Of a DNA stretch of 64,000 nt, positions 20,724-31,027 are shown piece after piece. The stretch covers positions 32,001 through 96,000 of the forward strand of contig CAWCTR010000010.1 in assembly GCA_963798485.1 (NCBI GenBank), read 5' to 3'. Source of the stretch: an uncultured delta proteobacterium. Its GTDB lineage: Bacteria > Desulfobacterota > Desulfomonilia > UBA1062. The position numbers and the translations under genes are program-made. Each line of letters starts with the position of its first letter. Position 1 is the stretch's first letter. Below the pieces are notes generated by a model. That model was not told where the DNA came from, ran no database searches, and saw nothing but the letters and a program-made list of their open reading frames with translations.

Positions 20724-21635
20724 TTAAAAACAAGGCAATTTTAAGGGAGGTCCGATCTGGGAAGAGTCCTTTACTCCAAGCGCCTTGTATATCCCCAGGG
20801 TCGCATAGGCGTTGTTGAGTGTGTAGAAATGAACACCCCTGACCTTATTCTCGATGAGGTCTCGGACTTGATTGGTTGCCCATTCAATACCGATCTTCTC
20901 TATAACTTCTGTGGATTCGGCCTGGTTGACAGCCCTCATAAGCCTTGCAGGAAAACGCGCCCCTGCTGCCAGCTCGGCCATCCGGATCATGCCGTTTTTC
21001 GTGATTATGGGCATGATGCCGGCAATGATCGGGATGTTAATACCTGCGAGGTCACATCGTTCACAAAAATCATAAAAATCCCTGTTATCGAAAAAAAGTT
21101 GCGTTATGATGTAGTCAGCACCGGAATCCACCTTGGCCTTTAGGTAATCGATCTCCTTGAGCCTGTTGGGTGTCTCGGGATGGCCCTCAGGGAAGCCTGC
21201 AACCCCGATGCTTATAAAGGGAAAGTGTTTCTTGATGAATGTGACGAGGTCAGAGGCATGAGCGAAACCATTAGGCGGTGCAGACCAGGTGCAGAAGCCT
21301 ACAGGAGGATCCCCTCTGAGTGCAAGGATGTTTTCTATGCCGTTGTCTGTATAACGGGTTAATATTTTTAAGATATCTTCCTGGGTGGATTCCACACAGG
21401 TAAGGTGGGAAACAACGGTGAGGTCAGTTTCTCTCTTTATGCGCATGACCAGTTGGTGCGTGTTCTCGCGGGTTGATCCGCCGGCGCCGTACGTGACGCT
21501 TACCCATGAAGGTTTAAGAGGCGTAAGGTCGGATATAGTATGAAAAAGGTGCTCCCATGCGGCATCGTTCCTGGGTGGAAAGAATTCAAAACTGAATGTG
21601 GGCCCCGTATTATTAAGGATACTTTTTACGAGCAT
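20724..21635 (-). CDS. metF: 5,10-methylenetetrahydrofolate reductase
   Basis: SFEFFPP, SVTYGAGG, LALRGDPP, ITQLFFD and HFYTLN motifs. Confidence 0.96.
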   Translation of the reverse strand: MLVKSILNNTGPTFSFEFFPPRNDAAWEHLFHTISDLTPLKPSWVSVTYGAGGSTRENTHQLVMRIKRETDLTVVSHLTCVESTQEDILKILTRYTDNGIENILALRGDPPVGFCTWSAPPNGFAHASDLVTFIKKHFPFISIGVAGFPEGHPETPNRLKEIDYLKAKVDSGADYIITQLFFDNRDFYDFCERCDLAGINIPIIAGIMPIITKNGMIRMAELAAGARFPARLMRAVNQAESTEVIEKIGIEWATNQVRDLIENKVRGVHFYTLNNAYATLGIYKALGVKDSSQIGPPLKLPCF

Positions 21636-21683
21636 AATTCACCTTTTGTATTCTCTTCCAAGTCAACAAAACCCCTGGTGGCC

Positions 21684-22691
21684 TTAGTATCCGTGAGGAT
21701 TGTTTGACTGCCATCTCCATGTATCTATACACATTTCTTCAATCCCTCGCTTGGCAGCCCAGCCGAGCTCCCTGTTCGCCTTGGAGGGATCTGCAAAACA
21801 GGCCGCAATGTCTCCATCTCTCCTCCCCACGATTTGAAAGCGTATCTTTCTGCTGCAGGCCTTCTCAAAGGCACTCACTACCTCTAGAACACTATACCCG
21901 CGACCCGTACCGAGATTGTATGTCATAACACCACTGCCTGCCAAGAGTCGGTCAAGGGCATAAAGATGGCCTTGTGCCAGGTCAACAACATGGATGTAGT
22001 CCCTAAGACCCGTACCATCAGGGGTAGGGTAATCATTCCCAAAGACCTTCAACTCTTGTAGTCTTCCCACCGCCACCTGGGAGATATAAGGGACTAGGTT
22101 GTTCGGTATGCCATCCGGATCTTCGCCGATGCGTCCGCTTTTATGCGCACCTATTGGGTTGAAGTATCTTAGCAGGGCTATGTTCCATGATGGGTCGGAC
22201 ACGAACAGATCCTTGAGGATTTCTTCGATCATTAACTTGGTGCGGCCATAGGGATTGGTTGGTCCAACCGGAAAGTCTTCCCGGATGGGAACAGCAGCCG
22301 GGTCGCCATAGACCGTAGCAGAAGAACTGAACACGATATTCTTCACAGAGTGTTCGGCCATTACTTCACACAGGATGAGGGTGCCGGTAATGTTGTTGTG
22401 GTAGTACTTCAAGGGTACCCGGACTGATTCACCCACGGCCTTAAGCCCTGCAAAATGAATCACCGCATCGATGTGATGCCGTGTGAATATGTCTATAAGG
22501 GCGTGTCTGTCAAGGAGATCAACAGGGTTAAATATCAGAGGTTTCCCCGTGATTTCTTGCACCCGTTTGAGGGATTCTTCCTTGGAGTTCATGAGGTTGT
22601 CAACGACAACGACTTCATGGCCTGTCTCCAAGAGTTCGAGGCAGGTATGACTCCCGATATATCCGGCTCCGCCTGTTACAAGTATCTTCAA
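21684..22691 (-). CDS. galE: UDP-glucose 4-epimerase
   Basis: [26 protein letters not shown] and LRYFNP motifs. Confidence 0.97.
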   Translation of the reverse strand: MKILVTGGAGYIGSHTCLELLETGHEVVVVDNLMNSKEESLKRVQEITGKPLIFNPVDLLDRHALIDIFTRHHIDAVIHFAGLKAVGESVRVPLKYYHNNITGTLILCEVMAEHSVKNIVFSSSATVYGDPAAVPIREDFPVGPTNPYGRTKLMIEEILKDLFVSDPSWNIALLRYFNPIGAHKSGRIGEDPDGIPNNLVPYISQVAVGRLQELKVFGNDYPTPDGTGLRDYIHVVDLAQGHLYALDRLLAGSGVMTYNLGTGRGYSVLEVVSAFEKACSRKIRFQIVGRRDGDIAACFADPSKANRELGWAAKRGIEEMCIDTWRWQSNNPHGY

Positions 22692-22718
22692 TGGGTTCTC
22701 CCAAGTGGAAAAGGAATC

Positions 22719-24842
22719 TTAATGGGCCACTGTTTGGGCTTGTTTTGAAGTATTCGACTTGTTCTTAATCACGAGATAATCCACCAGAATATTCCCGCTT
22801 TCAACAAGCTCGGCATCATCCTTTGCGGGTTTGGTCCGCTGAGATTCATCCTTGTCTTCATTCAATTGATCAAGATTTGTTATGGGTTTGAGCCCCTTGG
22901 CCTTTCTGAGCTTATTCTCAAGCGCAATCCTTTGTACTTCATTTGTTTTCTTTTCCTGGAGTCTTGTAGAAAGCCTCAGGGAGATCTTTTTTTTATCCCG
23001 CGCAGCTTTCAGGTACTTCATCATACCGAGGGTATAGGTGTAGTCGGGGTCATGTTGCATGCGTGTGGTATGCATGGAACGAAGCTGAGCCTTATAAGGC
23101 GAGATATCCCCAAAAACGTAGTGAGGTACGGCGCTGATGGCATCCCATGGCATGGCATCCTTGAGCGAGCTTTCGCCGATTGTGTCCTTATCGTAAAGAC
23201 TCGGATAATAGAGATCCGGGACTATACCACGGTGTTGGGTGCTTTCCCCGGAGATCCGATAGAATTTGGCTGTGGTCACTTTGAGCTGCCCGCGAGAGAG
23301 ATTGAGCAGTGTCTGAACCGTTCCTTTGCCAAAGGTGCTGTCTCCTGCGATGATCCCGCGACCATAATCCTGGATTGCGCCTGCAAATATCTCGGATGCG
23401 GATGCGCTCAACCGGCTGATAATAACTGCCAGGGGGCCTGAATAATAAGCTTTGGGGTCACGGTCATAGAGGGTCTCTGTCGCGCCATCAGCTGAGCGTA
23501 TAAGAACAGTAGGACCGCGCTTAATAAACAAACCCGTTAACGTGTTGGCCTCCTGCAGTGATCCTCCGCCGTTATCTCTCAGGTCGATGACAACACCATT
23601 CACATGTAGCGCTTCGAGCTCGCCTAATATACGTTTTACATCCCTTGTTGTGCTTTTGTAGTCCTCGCTGTCGGATTGCATTGCCCTGATATCGAGGTAA
23701 AAGGTGGGTATATGGATAATGCCTACCTTATAGGTTTTGCCGCCTCTGGTTATATCGATTACATCCTTGCTGGCAGCCTGGTCTTCAAGCCGGACCATGC
23801 CCCGCATGAGCTTTACGATCTTGGTCTGATGGTCATCACTTGCATCGGCTGGAATGATTTTGAGGCGAACCAAGGTATTTTTAGGGCCACGGATGAGATC
23901 AACGACATCATCAAGGCGCCAACCGACTACATCTGTAATCTCTCCCTCCGGCCCCTGGCCCACCCCGGTGATTTTATCATTAGGCTTGATCTGTTTGGAT
24001 TTGTCGGCAGGCCCGGCAGTAATAAGCCGCACAACCTTGGTGTGCTCGTTCTCCGTGGTGAGCATGGCGCCGATACCTTCGAGGGAAAGGCTCATATTAA
24101 TATTGAAGTTCTCGGATGATCTCGGGGAGAAATACGAGGTATGAGGGTCATAGCTTGTTGCCAATGAATTCATGAATACTTGGAATACGTCCTCGCTCGT
24201 GTTTTGGCGGAGACGCTTGAGTTGGCTCCAGTAGCGTTTCGATAGGGTGGTGGTGATCTCGGGCATGGACTTGCCTTCAAGCTTCATATTGATAACGTCG
24301 TTCTTGAGAGCCTTGGTCCACAGTTCTTCGAGCTCGGAGCGGGAAGCAGGCCATGCTGCATTATCCCGGTCTGTTTCTAAATAGTCTGTCTTTTCTAAGT
24401 TTATATCTTTGAGGCCGCCTTCTATCCGGCTGATGATGAAGACGAGTCTTTGTGCAATCCTTTCATCATATCTGTTGAAGATTGTGAAGGCAGGGGTTAA
24501 ATCTCCCTTCAGGAGACCGTCATCCAGCCGGTAGCGGAATGGTTCGAATTCTTTGATATCAGATGCAAGGAAATACATATGTGAAGGATCAATATCCGAC
24601 AGATATCGGTCAAAGACCTTGCTGGAGAGCGCATCGTCTATAGCGACCTTCTTGTAGTGGTTCTTTTTGAGATCCCTGAGGATCTCGGTGGTAACACGCT
24701 GGTACTCTTTTAAGGGTGTAATCTCTTTTATATAGTCCGATGGTTTAAGGGAATCGGATGCCAGCGGTTCGCTGCCGACTGCAGATATAGCAATAAGCCA
24801 CGTGATTATAAGTAAATATATGTATTTTGATTTTGTGCTCAT
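22719..24842 (-). CDS. prc: Carboxy-terminal processing (tail-specific) protease, S41
   Basis: DPHTSY, PDZ (LEGIGA), DLRDNGGG, SASASEI and TFGKGTVQ motifs. Confidence 0.93.
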   Translation of the reverse strand: MSTKSKYIYLLIITWLIAISAVGSEPLASDSLKPSDYIKEITPLKEYQRVTTEILRDLKKNHYKKVAIDDALSSKVFDRYLSDIDPSHMYFLASDIKEFEPFRYRLDDGLLKGDLTPAFTIFNRYDERIAQRLVFIISRIEGGLKDINLEKTDYLETDRDNAAWPASRSELEELWTKALKNDVINMKLEGKSMPEITTTLSKRYWSQLKRLRQNTSEDVFQVFMNSLATSYDPHTSYFSPRSSENFNINMSLSLEGIGAMLTTENEHTKVVRLITAGPADKSKQIKPNDKITGVGQGPEGEITDVVGWRLDDVVDLIRGPKNTLVRLKIIPADASDDHQTKIVKLMRGMVRLEDQAASKDVIDITRGGKTYKVGIIHIPTFYLDIRAMQSDSEDYKSTTRDVKRILGELEALHVNGVVIDLRDNGGGSLQEANTLTGLFIKRGPTVLIRSADGATETLYDRDPKAYYSGPLAVIISRLSASASEIFAGAIQDYGRGIIAGDSTFGKGTVQTLLNLSRGQLKVTTAKFYRISGESTQHRGIVPDLYYPSLYDKDTIGESSLKDAMPWDAISAVPHYVFGDISPYKAQLRSMHTTRMQHDPDYTYTLGMMKYLKAARDKKKISLRLSTRLQEKKTNEVQRIALENKLRKAKGLKPITNLDQLNEDKDESQRTKPAKDDAELVESGNILVDYLVIKNKSNTSKQAQTVAH

Positions 24843-24945
24843 GTGAGTTCAGCCAGTGAGTGCATAGTGTGTGCGCTTATATAGCAACTCTATCGGCAAA
24901 ACACAATGCCAGGTTAGATACAGGCACTGGGAAGATGAGATTTTT

Positions 24946-24972
24946 CATATAAATCATATAAATCATATAAAT
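24946..24972. repeat. Perfect 9-bp tandem repeat x3 (CATATAAAT)
   Basis: Read directly in the intergenic region. Confidence 0.85.
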
Positions 24973-25030
24973 AAGGTTGCCTTGATGCCGGAGATGCCCT
25001 GGAGCAGCCAAAAAAGAGAAGCAGCAGCTG

Positions 25031-25495
25031 TTACTCCTTTGCAAATCTTCTGATGAGATTATCTGTTATGTCCTTAAGTATAGGGACCTTCCGGAAGAAG
25101 GATGGGATTTTGAGTTTTACCTCAATTACAGGCATGTTCTCCTCACCAGTCCCGTCATGGGCCCCAATTCCTTTTTCGGGCGTAGAGCTGAAAGAAACCT
25201 TCACCTGGAGCCTCTTTGTGCCGGCCGATACCTGGTTATTCACCGGGGAGATCAAGGATATAGTGGAGGGTTTCTGCTCATCGTTGCCGCTAATTCCCTG
25301 GATGTGCTCTATATGTTCAACGATCTCGAAGGCCTTGATCATTTGTTTGTTCCTGGCTGAGTCCGCAGGGGTCTTATCTGTATTTTCGTTTGATCTGAGG
25401 TCCTGGCTTGATGAGAGAATCTCGTCGGGTTTTTCTTTAACCGTGGCCTGATTTTCATTCAACCTTTTTCTTTTTCTTGGCAGTGACATAGTCAT
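25031..25495 (-). CDS. Hypothetical protein, probable ParA partner
   Basis: Overlaps the ParA gene end. Basic N-terminus (LPRKRKRL), low-complexity middle, ordered C-terminus. Confidence 0.6.
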   Translation of the reverse strand: MTMSLPRKRKRLNENQATVKEKPDEILSSSQDLRSNENTDKTPADSARNKQMIKAFEIVEHIEHIQGISGNDEQKPSTISLISPVNNQVSAGTKRLQVKVSFSSTPEKGIGAHDGTGEENMPVIEVKLKIPSFFRKVPILKDITDNLIRRFAKE

Positions 25496-26204
25496 TCTCC
25501 ATCAAGGTGGTAATGGTTTTTGCGATCTCTTCCATATCATGAACTGCAATGAGGGTTTGTTTGTGATGCCTTTTATTTGTGCTGACTGACAGGGAATATT
25601 CACCCAACGTGATACCTTCACGATTGAAATTCTCATAAACGGTTCTAGCCGGATAGGTTATGTTCAGACATCCCACGTTTGGAGGAAGGATTGCAGTGAA
25701 ATAATCCGCTATTGTCTTCGTATTGGCCTTGGGGTGGGTAAAGGATGGGAGCACAAAAAAATTCCCCTTCCTTTTCGGATCGATCTTGATGACCTCCTTG
25801 ATGATTGGGTAGAGATTATCTGCAAAGGCCGCCTCATCGTTGGTGGAGGTCCTCATGGGTATGACAACCAGGTCAGATACGGCACAGGCAAAACGGGTAT
25901 GAAGCTTGCCTGTGCTCTCCCCGGGTATGTCCATGACAATGAGATCGTTGTGGGCTGAAATGGATTTGATCCCATCTGCAAAGACCTCTTTCTGGGTGCT
26001 GGATATATGATGGAATGACACGCCCGGCGATTTTCTCCCGAGTTCTGTGCGCTCATCCCACCATGCCCGAAGAGTTCCCTGGGGATCCAATTCTACCAGC
26101 GCAATGGAACGAAACATTCCATTAATATATTTTGAGAATGCAATATTCAACGCCAGCGTGCTTTTCCCGGTTCCGCCCTTGGTCTGGACAAAGCTGATGA
26201 TCAT
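25455..26204 (-). CDS. ParA/MinD-family ATPase
   Basis: Deviant Walker A KGGTGKST, ELDPQG and MDIPG. Confidence 0.9.
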   Translation of the reverse strand: MIISFVQTKGGTGKSTLALNIAFSKYINGMFRSIALVELDPQGTLRAWWDERTELGRKSPGVSFHHISSTQKEVFADGIKSISAHNDLIVMDIPGESTGKLHTRFACAVSDLVVIPMRTSTNDEAAFADNLYPIIKEVIKIDPKRKGNFFVLPSFTHPKANTKTIADYFTAILPPNVGCLNITYPARTVYENFNREGITLGEYSLSVSTNKRHHKQTLIAVHDMEEIAKTITTLMENDYVTAKKKKKVE

Positions 26205-26327
26205 GATCTCCCCTGCATGATTATCTTACCGCACTATACCCACCTCAACTTTTACGAGATAGCCCCATGGGTGTCAAGGAACAATACGCATTGAATAAAA
26301 GGATGGTATAGGCCTTTGTCATGTGGT

Positions 26328-26654
26328 TCATCTGCATACGGTTTCAATCCAGTTTAAGTATTTTTCCAGCCCCCCGGTTGCGGGGACCATTAAAATTTCA
26401 GGCACTTCATAAGGGTGGTTTCTTGAGATGAAATCCTCGATACTGTTATAGAGGGAACTCTTTGTTTTGATAAGGAGGAGCCGTTCCTCTTCTTTGCAGA
26501 TCTCCCCCTTCCATTCGTAAAAACTCCTAATGGGCATTATCTGTACACATGCAGCGAGCCTGCTTTCAATAAGGGATCGGGAGAGCATCTCTGCATGACC
26601 ATCGTTTGGACATGAGCAGAAAACAATACAATATCGTTCTTTATCAGGCATCAT
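26328..26654 (-). CDS. cutA: Divalent-cation tolerance protein CutA
   Basis: LAACVQI..SFYEWKG, LLIKT and HPYEVPEI; AGGAGG RBS before 26654. Confidence 0.93.
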   Translation of the reverse strand: MMPDKERYCIVFCSCPNDGHAEMLSRSLIESRLAACVQIMPIRSFYEWKGEICKEEERLLLIKTKSSLYNSIEDFISRNHPYEVPEILMVPATGGLEKYLNWIETVCR

Positions 26655-27027
26655 CGGCTTGTCCTCCTGAAAGTAATTATTCTGGAACAACCCTTGTATG
26701 TCAAGCAGGTGTACACGGGACTCGGGCGCCCCAGGATCGGATGGGATATCGATCATTGAGTTGAAGTGTTGCCATGACACTGGAAATCACGGCCCGCGCC
26801 CTCTTGAGCGTTATTCAATTTCAAGGCGTTCAGTAAAATCAACTAATCAAATTTTCTACGTATTAAAAAGAACTCTTGATTCATTTGTCAGATAATTGAA
26901 TACTAGAATACTACGCACTGTATTACAAACCTATAATAAGAAGTATTAGATTTGTATGATGAGACGACAAGATAAGAAAATCACACCACTATGCGGTGTA
27001 TAATAAACCAACAGGAGGGGGATTAAG

Positions 27028-28893
27028 ATGGCGAGCTTGATTTTGGATGAAAGGGATCAGCAGTTTGTTCTCTATGAGATGCTTGGGGTGGAGGAGGTAT
27101 GTGAACAACCGAAGTACGCGGATTTCTCCAAAGAGACCTTTAACATGATCCTCACCGAGGCTAGGAAGATCGCAGAGGAAGAGATCCTTCCCATACTCTC
27201 GGAGGGTGATAAGGAAGGGTGCAAGCTCATTGACGGTAATGTGCGCGTGCCTAAATGCTTTCACCGGGCATATAAGCTCTTTTGTGAAGGCGGATGGATC
27301 GGGATGTCCTTCTCCCCTGAGGAAGGAGGGCAGGGGATACCGGAGAGCGTGAAATATGCAGCTATTGAGTGGTTCTACCATAATTTCGCCTTTATTGCAT
27401 ATCCCTTTGCCACCGAAGGAGCGGCCCACCTTATCCTGACCTACGGGACCGAGGCACAGAAAAAGAAGTACATGGAGAAGATGATCCAGGGTGTCTGGGG
27501 CGGGACTATGGCGCTGACCGAACCGGGTGCAGGCACCGATGTGGGGAACCTGAGCACCAAGGCGGTCCGACAGAGTGATGGGACGTTCAAGCTCCAAGGC
27601 ACCAAGATATTCATCACCGGTGGAGACCAGGACTTGGTGGAGAACGTTATCCATCCGGTTCTTGCCAGGATCGAGGGTGACCCGGCCGGCACCAAGGGGA
27701 TTTCAATATTCATAGTTCCCAAGTATCTCGTCAACGAGGATGGCACTCTGGGAAGGCGCAATGATTATGAGATAGCCAAGATCGAAGAGAAGATGGGCAT
27801 CCATGGCAGCGCGACATGCTTGATCAATTTCGGTGATAGCAACAATTGTTATGCCGAACTGCTGGGTCAGGAGCGCGAGGGCATGAAGATCATGTTCCAG
27901 ATGATGAACGAGGCCAGGCTTGCTGTTGGCATGCAGGGCCTCTGCAGTGCATCCATCGCCTATCTGCACGCGCTGCAGTATACCAAGCAGAGGCTTCAGG
28001 GATCATCCCTCATGGAAATGAAGAACCCGTTGGCGCCGCGTGTCCCCATTATACAGCACCCGGATGTGAGAAGGATGCTCCTGTGGATGAAGTCCAACGT
28101 GGACAGCCTGAGGGCCATAACTTACTTTACGGCATACTGTTTCGACATGCATAAGATTGCAGCGGATGATGCGGAAAAGGACAAATGGCTCGGGTATGCA
28201 GAGATCCTTACCCCTATCGTAAAGGCCTACAGTTCAGACATCGGGTTCAGGGTTACAGAGACTGCCATGCAGTGCTATGGCGGATATGGCTTCTGCAGCG
28301 AATACCCGGTGGAGCAGTTCATGCGGGACGAAAAGATTGCATCCATCTATGAGGGGGCGAACGGTATCCAGGCCCTGGACCTCATCGGCAGAAAGCTGGG
28401 CATGAAGAAGGGCGCCTATTTCATGAATATACTGGGCCTCATGGGTTCTACCGTGACGAAATATAAAGACGTGAGCGGCTTGAAGGATCTTGCCGACGGT
28501 GTTCAGGCCGGGGTGAATGCCCTTGCCGATATGGGTCTTTACTTGGCGAATTGTGGCAAGGCAGGTAAGTTCTTCGTGCCCATCAGCAGCGCTTACCCCT
28601 TCCTTATGATGATGGGCAAGGTGGTATCCGGCTGGTTCCTCTTCTGGCAAGCGGGTGTTGCCAAGCAAAAGCTTGATGGGCTTGCCAGGCAGAACGGTAT
28701 TGATCCTGCCGATAAGGTGGGTCTGGCCGGGTTGGCAAAAACCAGCAAGGATGCCGCATTCTACATGGGTAAGGTTGCCGGCGCCCAGTATTTCATCAGA
28801 AATGTGCTCCCAGAGGTGGAGGCCGCAGTGAAGGCCATCAAGAACGAAGACATGTCCATCATCGAGATACCGGAAGAGAGTTTTGCCTCGTAA
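27028..28893 (+). CDS. Acyl-CoA dehydrogenase (long type)
   Basis: TMALTEPGAGTD, KIFITGG, EEKMGIHGS, GGYG and IYEGANGIQALDL. Confidence 0.95.
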   Translation: MASLILDERDQQFVLYEMLGVEEVCEQPKYADFSKETFNMILTEARKIAEEEILPILSEGDKEGCKLIDGNVRVPKCFHRAYKLFCEGGWIGMSFSPEEGGQGIPESVKYAAIEWFYHNFAFIAYPFATEGAAHLILTYGTEAQKKKYMEKMIQGVWGGTMALTEPGAGTDVGNLSTKAVRQSDGTFKLQGTKIFITGGDQDLVENVIHPVLARIEGDPAGTKGISIFIVPKYLVNEDGTLGRRNDYEIAKIEEKMGIHGSATCLINFGDSNNCYAELLGQEREGMKIMFQMMNEARLAVGMQGLCSASIAYLHALQYTKQRLQGSSLMEMKNPLAPRVPIIQHPDVRRMLLWMKSNVDSLRAITYFTAYCFDMHKIAADDAEKDKWLGYAEILTPIVKAYSSDIGFRVTETAMQCYGGYGFCSEYPVEQFMRDEKIASIYEGANGIQALDLIGRKLGMKKGAYFMNILGLMGSTVTKYKDVSGLKDLADGVQAGVNALADMGLYLANCGKAGKFFVPISSAYPFLMMMGKVVSGWFLFWQAGVAKQKLDGLARQNGIDPADKVGLAGLAKTSKDAAFYMGKVAGAQYFIRNVLPEVEAAVKAIKNEDMSIIEIPEESFAS

Positions 28894-28912
28894 CCATGTG
28901 GAGGGGGTACAT

Positions 28913-31027
28913 ATGGAAAAGCTTTTTTATCCTGAATCAATAGCGATCTTCGGGCTTTCTTCAAAATCCAGCAATATTCCCCGGATGACCCTGGAAAACA
29001 TGCTCCGCTGGGGATACCGGGGTAGGATCTTCGGGATCAATCCCAAAGGCGAGGACATTCATGTCGACGGCATAAAGATATACCGCAGTCTTACGGACCT
29101 TCCGGAAGTGCCGGACATGGCATACTGCCTTATCCCTGCCAGGTTTGTACCCGAAGTGGTCGAGCAATGCGGAAGGTTCGGCATCAAACGGATGGCGATC
29201 TCGAGCGGAGGCTTTTCCGAGTTCAGCGAAGAGGGGAGGAAGCTTTCAGAAGAGACACTCGGGGCGGCCCGGAAATGGGGGATCAGGTTCGTCGGGCCCA
29301 ATGGGGTAACGGTTGCCAACACAGCCAATGGCCTGTGTCTGCCTTTCGTCCCCCTCCACAAGGCGCCTGAGGGCGGCATGTCGGTGATAGCCCAGAGCGG
29401 AGGGGTTGCCCTCATGATGTTCAATTTTCTTGTAGACGAGAATATCGGGATGGCCAAGTTTGCGAGCATCGGGAACAAGCTCGATCTTGACGAAGTAGAC
29501 TTCCTCGAATATTTCATTTCCGACCCGGATACGAAGATCATCTGTCTGTATCTGGAGAGCATCGAAAGGGGGCAGAGGTTCATCGAGGTTGCCATGCAGA
29601 GCCCCAAGCCCATTGTTGTCCTGAAATCAAATACGACGAGCGCCGGAAGAAAGGCCGCCATGAGCCATACCGCTGCGCTCAGCAATGATGATGCAATCAT
29701 CGATACGGCCTTTGAGCGCGCTGGTGTTATCCGAATCCACGACTACCATGATTTCTTTGCTATAGTGAAGGCATTCGAGCTCCCTCCCATGAAGGGAAGG
29801 AGGGTCATGGTGATGAGCCCTGCCGGAGGGTTTTCCGTCATAACTACAGACCTTTGTGAGAAGGCGGGTTTTACCTTTGCAGACCCTGGCCGCGATTTCT
29901 ATGACAGCTTGCAGAAGTTTTCCAATGCAGGCGTCATAAAGTTCTCAAACCCGCTGGATATGGGGGATATCTATGATCCGCAGCTTTCAGCCCATGTGAT
30001 CTATTCCGTAATGCACAGCGATCAGGTTGATGGCGTGCTCTTTGTCGGTCAACGCCCACAGATGCCGGCCGGGGAAAATGTCTTTTACCGTATGTTCCTC
30101 ACCGATATGTCGAAGGAGGCCTGGGGCACGATCCTCTCCTCGGGAAAGCCTCTCGGGATATGCCTTTTTGGACCATCCAGGATGATCCTGCAGACAAAGC
30201 GGACAGTGAACTTCCCGGTTTTCAACAGCGCTGAGGAGATGGTCCGGGTCATGGCCATGCAGATGAATTTTTATGAGCACAGGTCGCGGCCTGCTTTTAA
30301 AACTGAGATGCCGACAGCGGTCCGGTTGCGTAAAGCCGACTCGTGGATTCAGGACAAGTCCGGTGACATAGGAGAAGAGACTATAGAGCTTTTGGAGACA
30401 TTCGGGGTGTCTGTAGCAAAAAGCATGGTGATTCAGGATGCCAATCAGGCTGCAAAGTATGCTCAGAAGATAGGATTTCCTGTTGTGATGAAAGTTGTCT
30501 CTCCGGATGCACTCCACAAGTCCGAAGCAGGGGGTGTTGTGCTTAATGTCAGTGATGTGGGCCAGGTAAGGCAGTCATATAAGGGGCTCCGGGATAATCT
30601 CTATGCTTACAAGAGGGATGCACGGTTCAAAGGAGTAAGGATCGGACCAATGGCGCCTGATGGATGCGATATGTTCATCGGTGCGAAATATGATGCATCG
30701 TTCGGGCCGGTTGTGTTCTTCGGAATGGGTGGTGTGTATATTGAGATCTTAAAAGATGTTGCATCTGCATTGTGCCCGACAACGCCACAGGAGGTGATGG
30801 AAAAACTGGAAAGATTGAAATCCTTCGCTTTGCTCAAGGGATACCGGGGACAAGATCCTTATGACATCGATGCGTTTGTTGATTGTGTGGTGAGGGTATC
30901 CCATCTTATGAGCAGATTCACCCGGATAGAAGAGCTTGATGTCAATCCGGTCAGGGTGTTCTCCGGAGGCAAAGGTCTCCTTGCGCTGGATGCACGAATG
31001 AGAATCAGAAAATCATCATCCGCTTGA
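28913..31027 (+). CDS. Acetate/acyl-CoA ligase (ADP-forming), fused alpha-beta
   Basis: CoA-binding domain (GPN, QSGG), SHT phospho-His motif, ATP-grasp (HKSEAGGV, FGPVVFFGMGG, ELDVNP). Confidence 0.9.
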   Translation: MEKLFYPESIAIFGLSSKSSNIPRMTLENMLRWGYRGRIFGINPKGEDIHVDGIKIYRSLTDLPEVPDMAYCLIPARFVPEVVEQCGRFGIKRMAISSGGFSEFSEEGRKLSEETLGAARKWGIRFVGPNGVTVANTANGLCLPFVPLHKAPEGGMSVIAQSGGVALMMFNFLVDENIGMAKFASIGNKLDLDEVDFLEYFISDPDTKIICLYLESIERGQRFIEVAMQSPKPIVVLKSNTTSAGRKAAMSHTAALSNDDAIIDTAFERAGVIRIHDYHDFFAIVKAFELPPMKGRRVMVMSPAGGFSVITTDLCEKAGFTFADPGRDFYDSLQKFSNAGVIKFSNPLDMGDIYDPQLSAHVIYSVMHSDQVDGVLFVGQRPQMPAGENVFYRMFLTDMSKEAWGTILSSGKPLGICLFGPSRMILQTKRTVNFPVFNSAEEMVRVMAMQMNFYEHRSRPAFKTEMPTAVRLRKADSWIQDKSGDIGEETIELLETFGVSVAKSMVIQDANQAAKYAQKIGFPVVMKVVSPDALHKSEAGGVVLNVSDVGQVRQSYKGLRDNLYAYKRDARFKGVRIGPMAPDGCDMFIGAKYDASFGPVVFFGMGGVYIEILKDVASALCPTTPQEVMEKLERLKSFALLKGYRGQDPYDIDAFVDCVVRVSHLMSRFTRIEELDVNPVRVFSGGKGLLALDARMRIRKSSSA

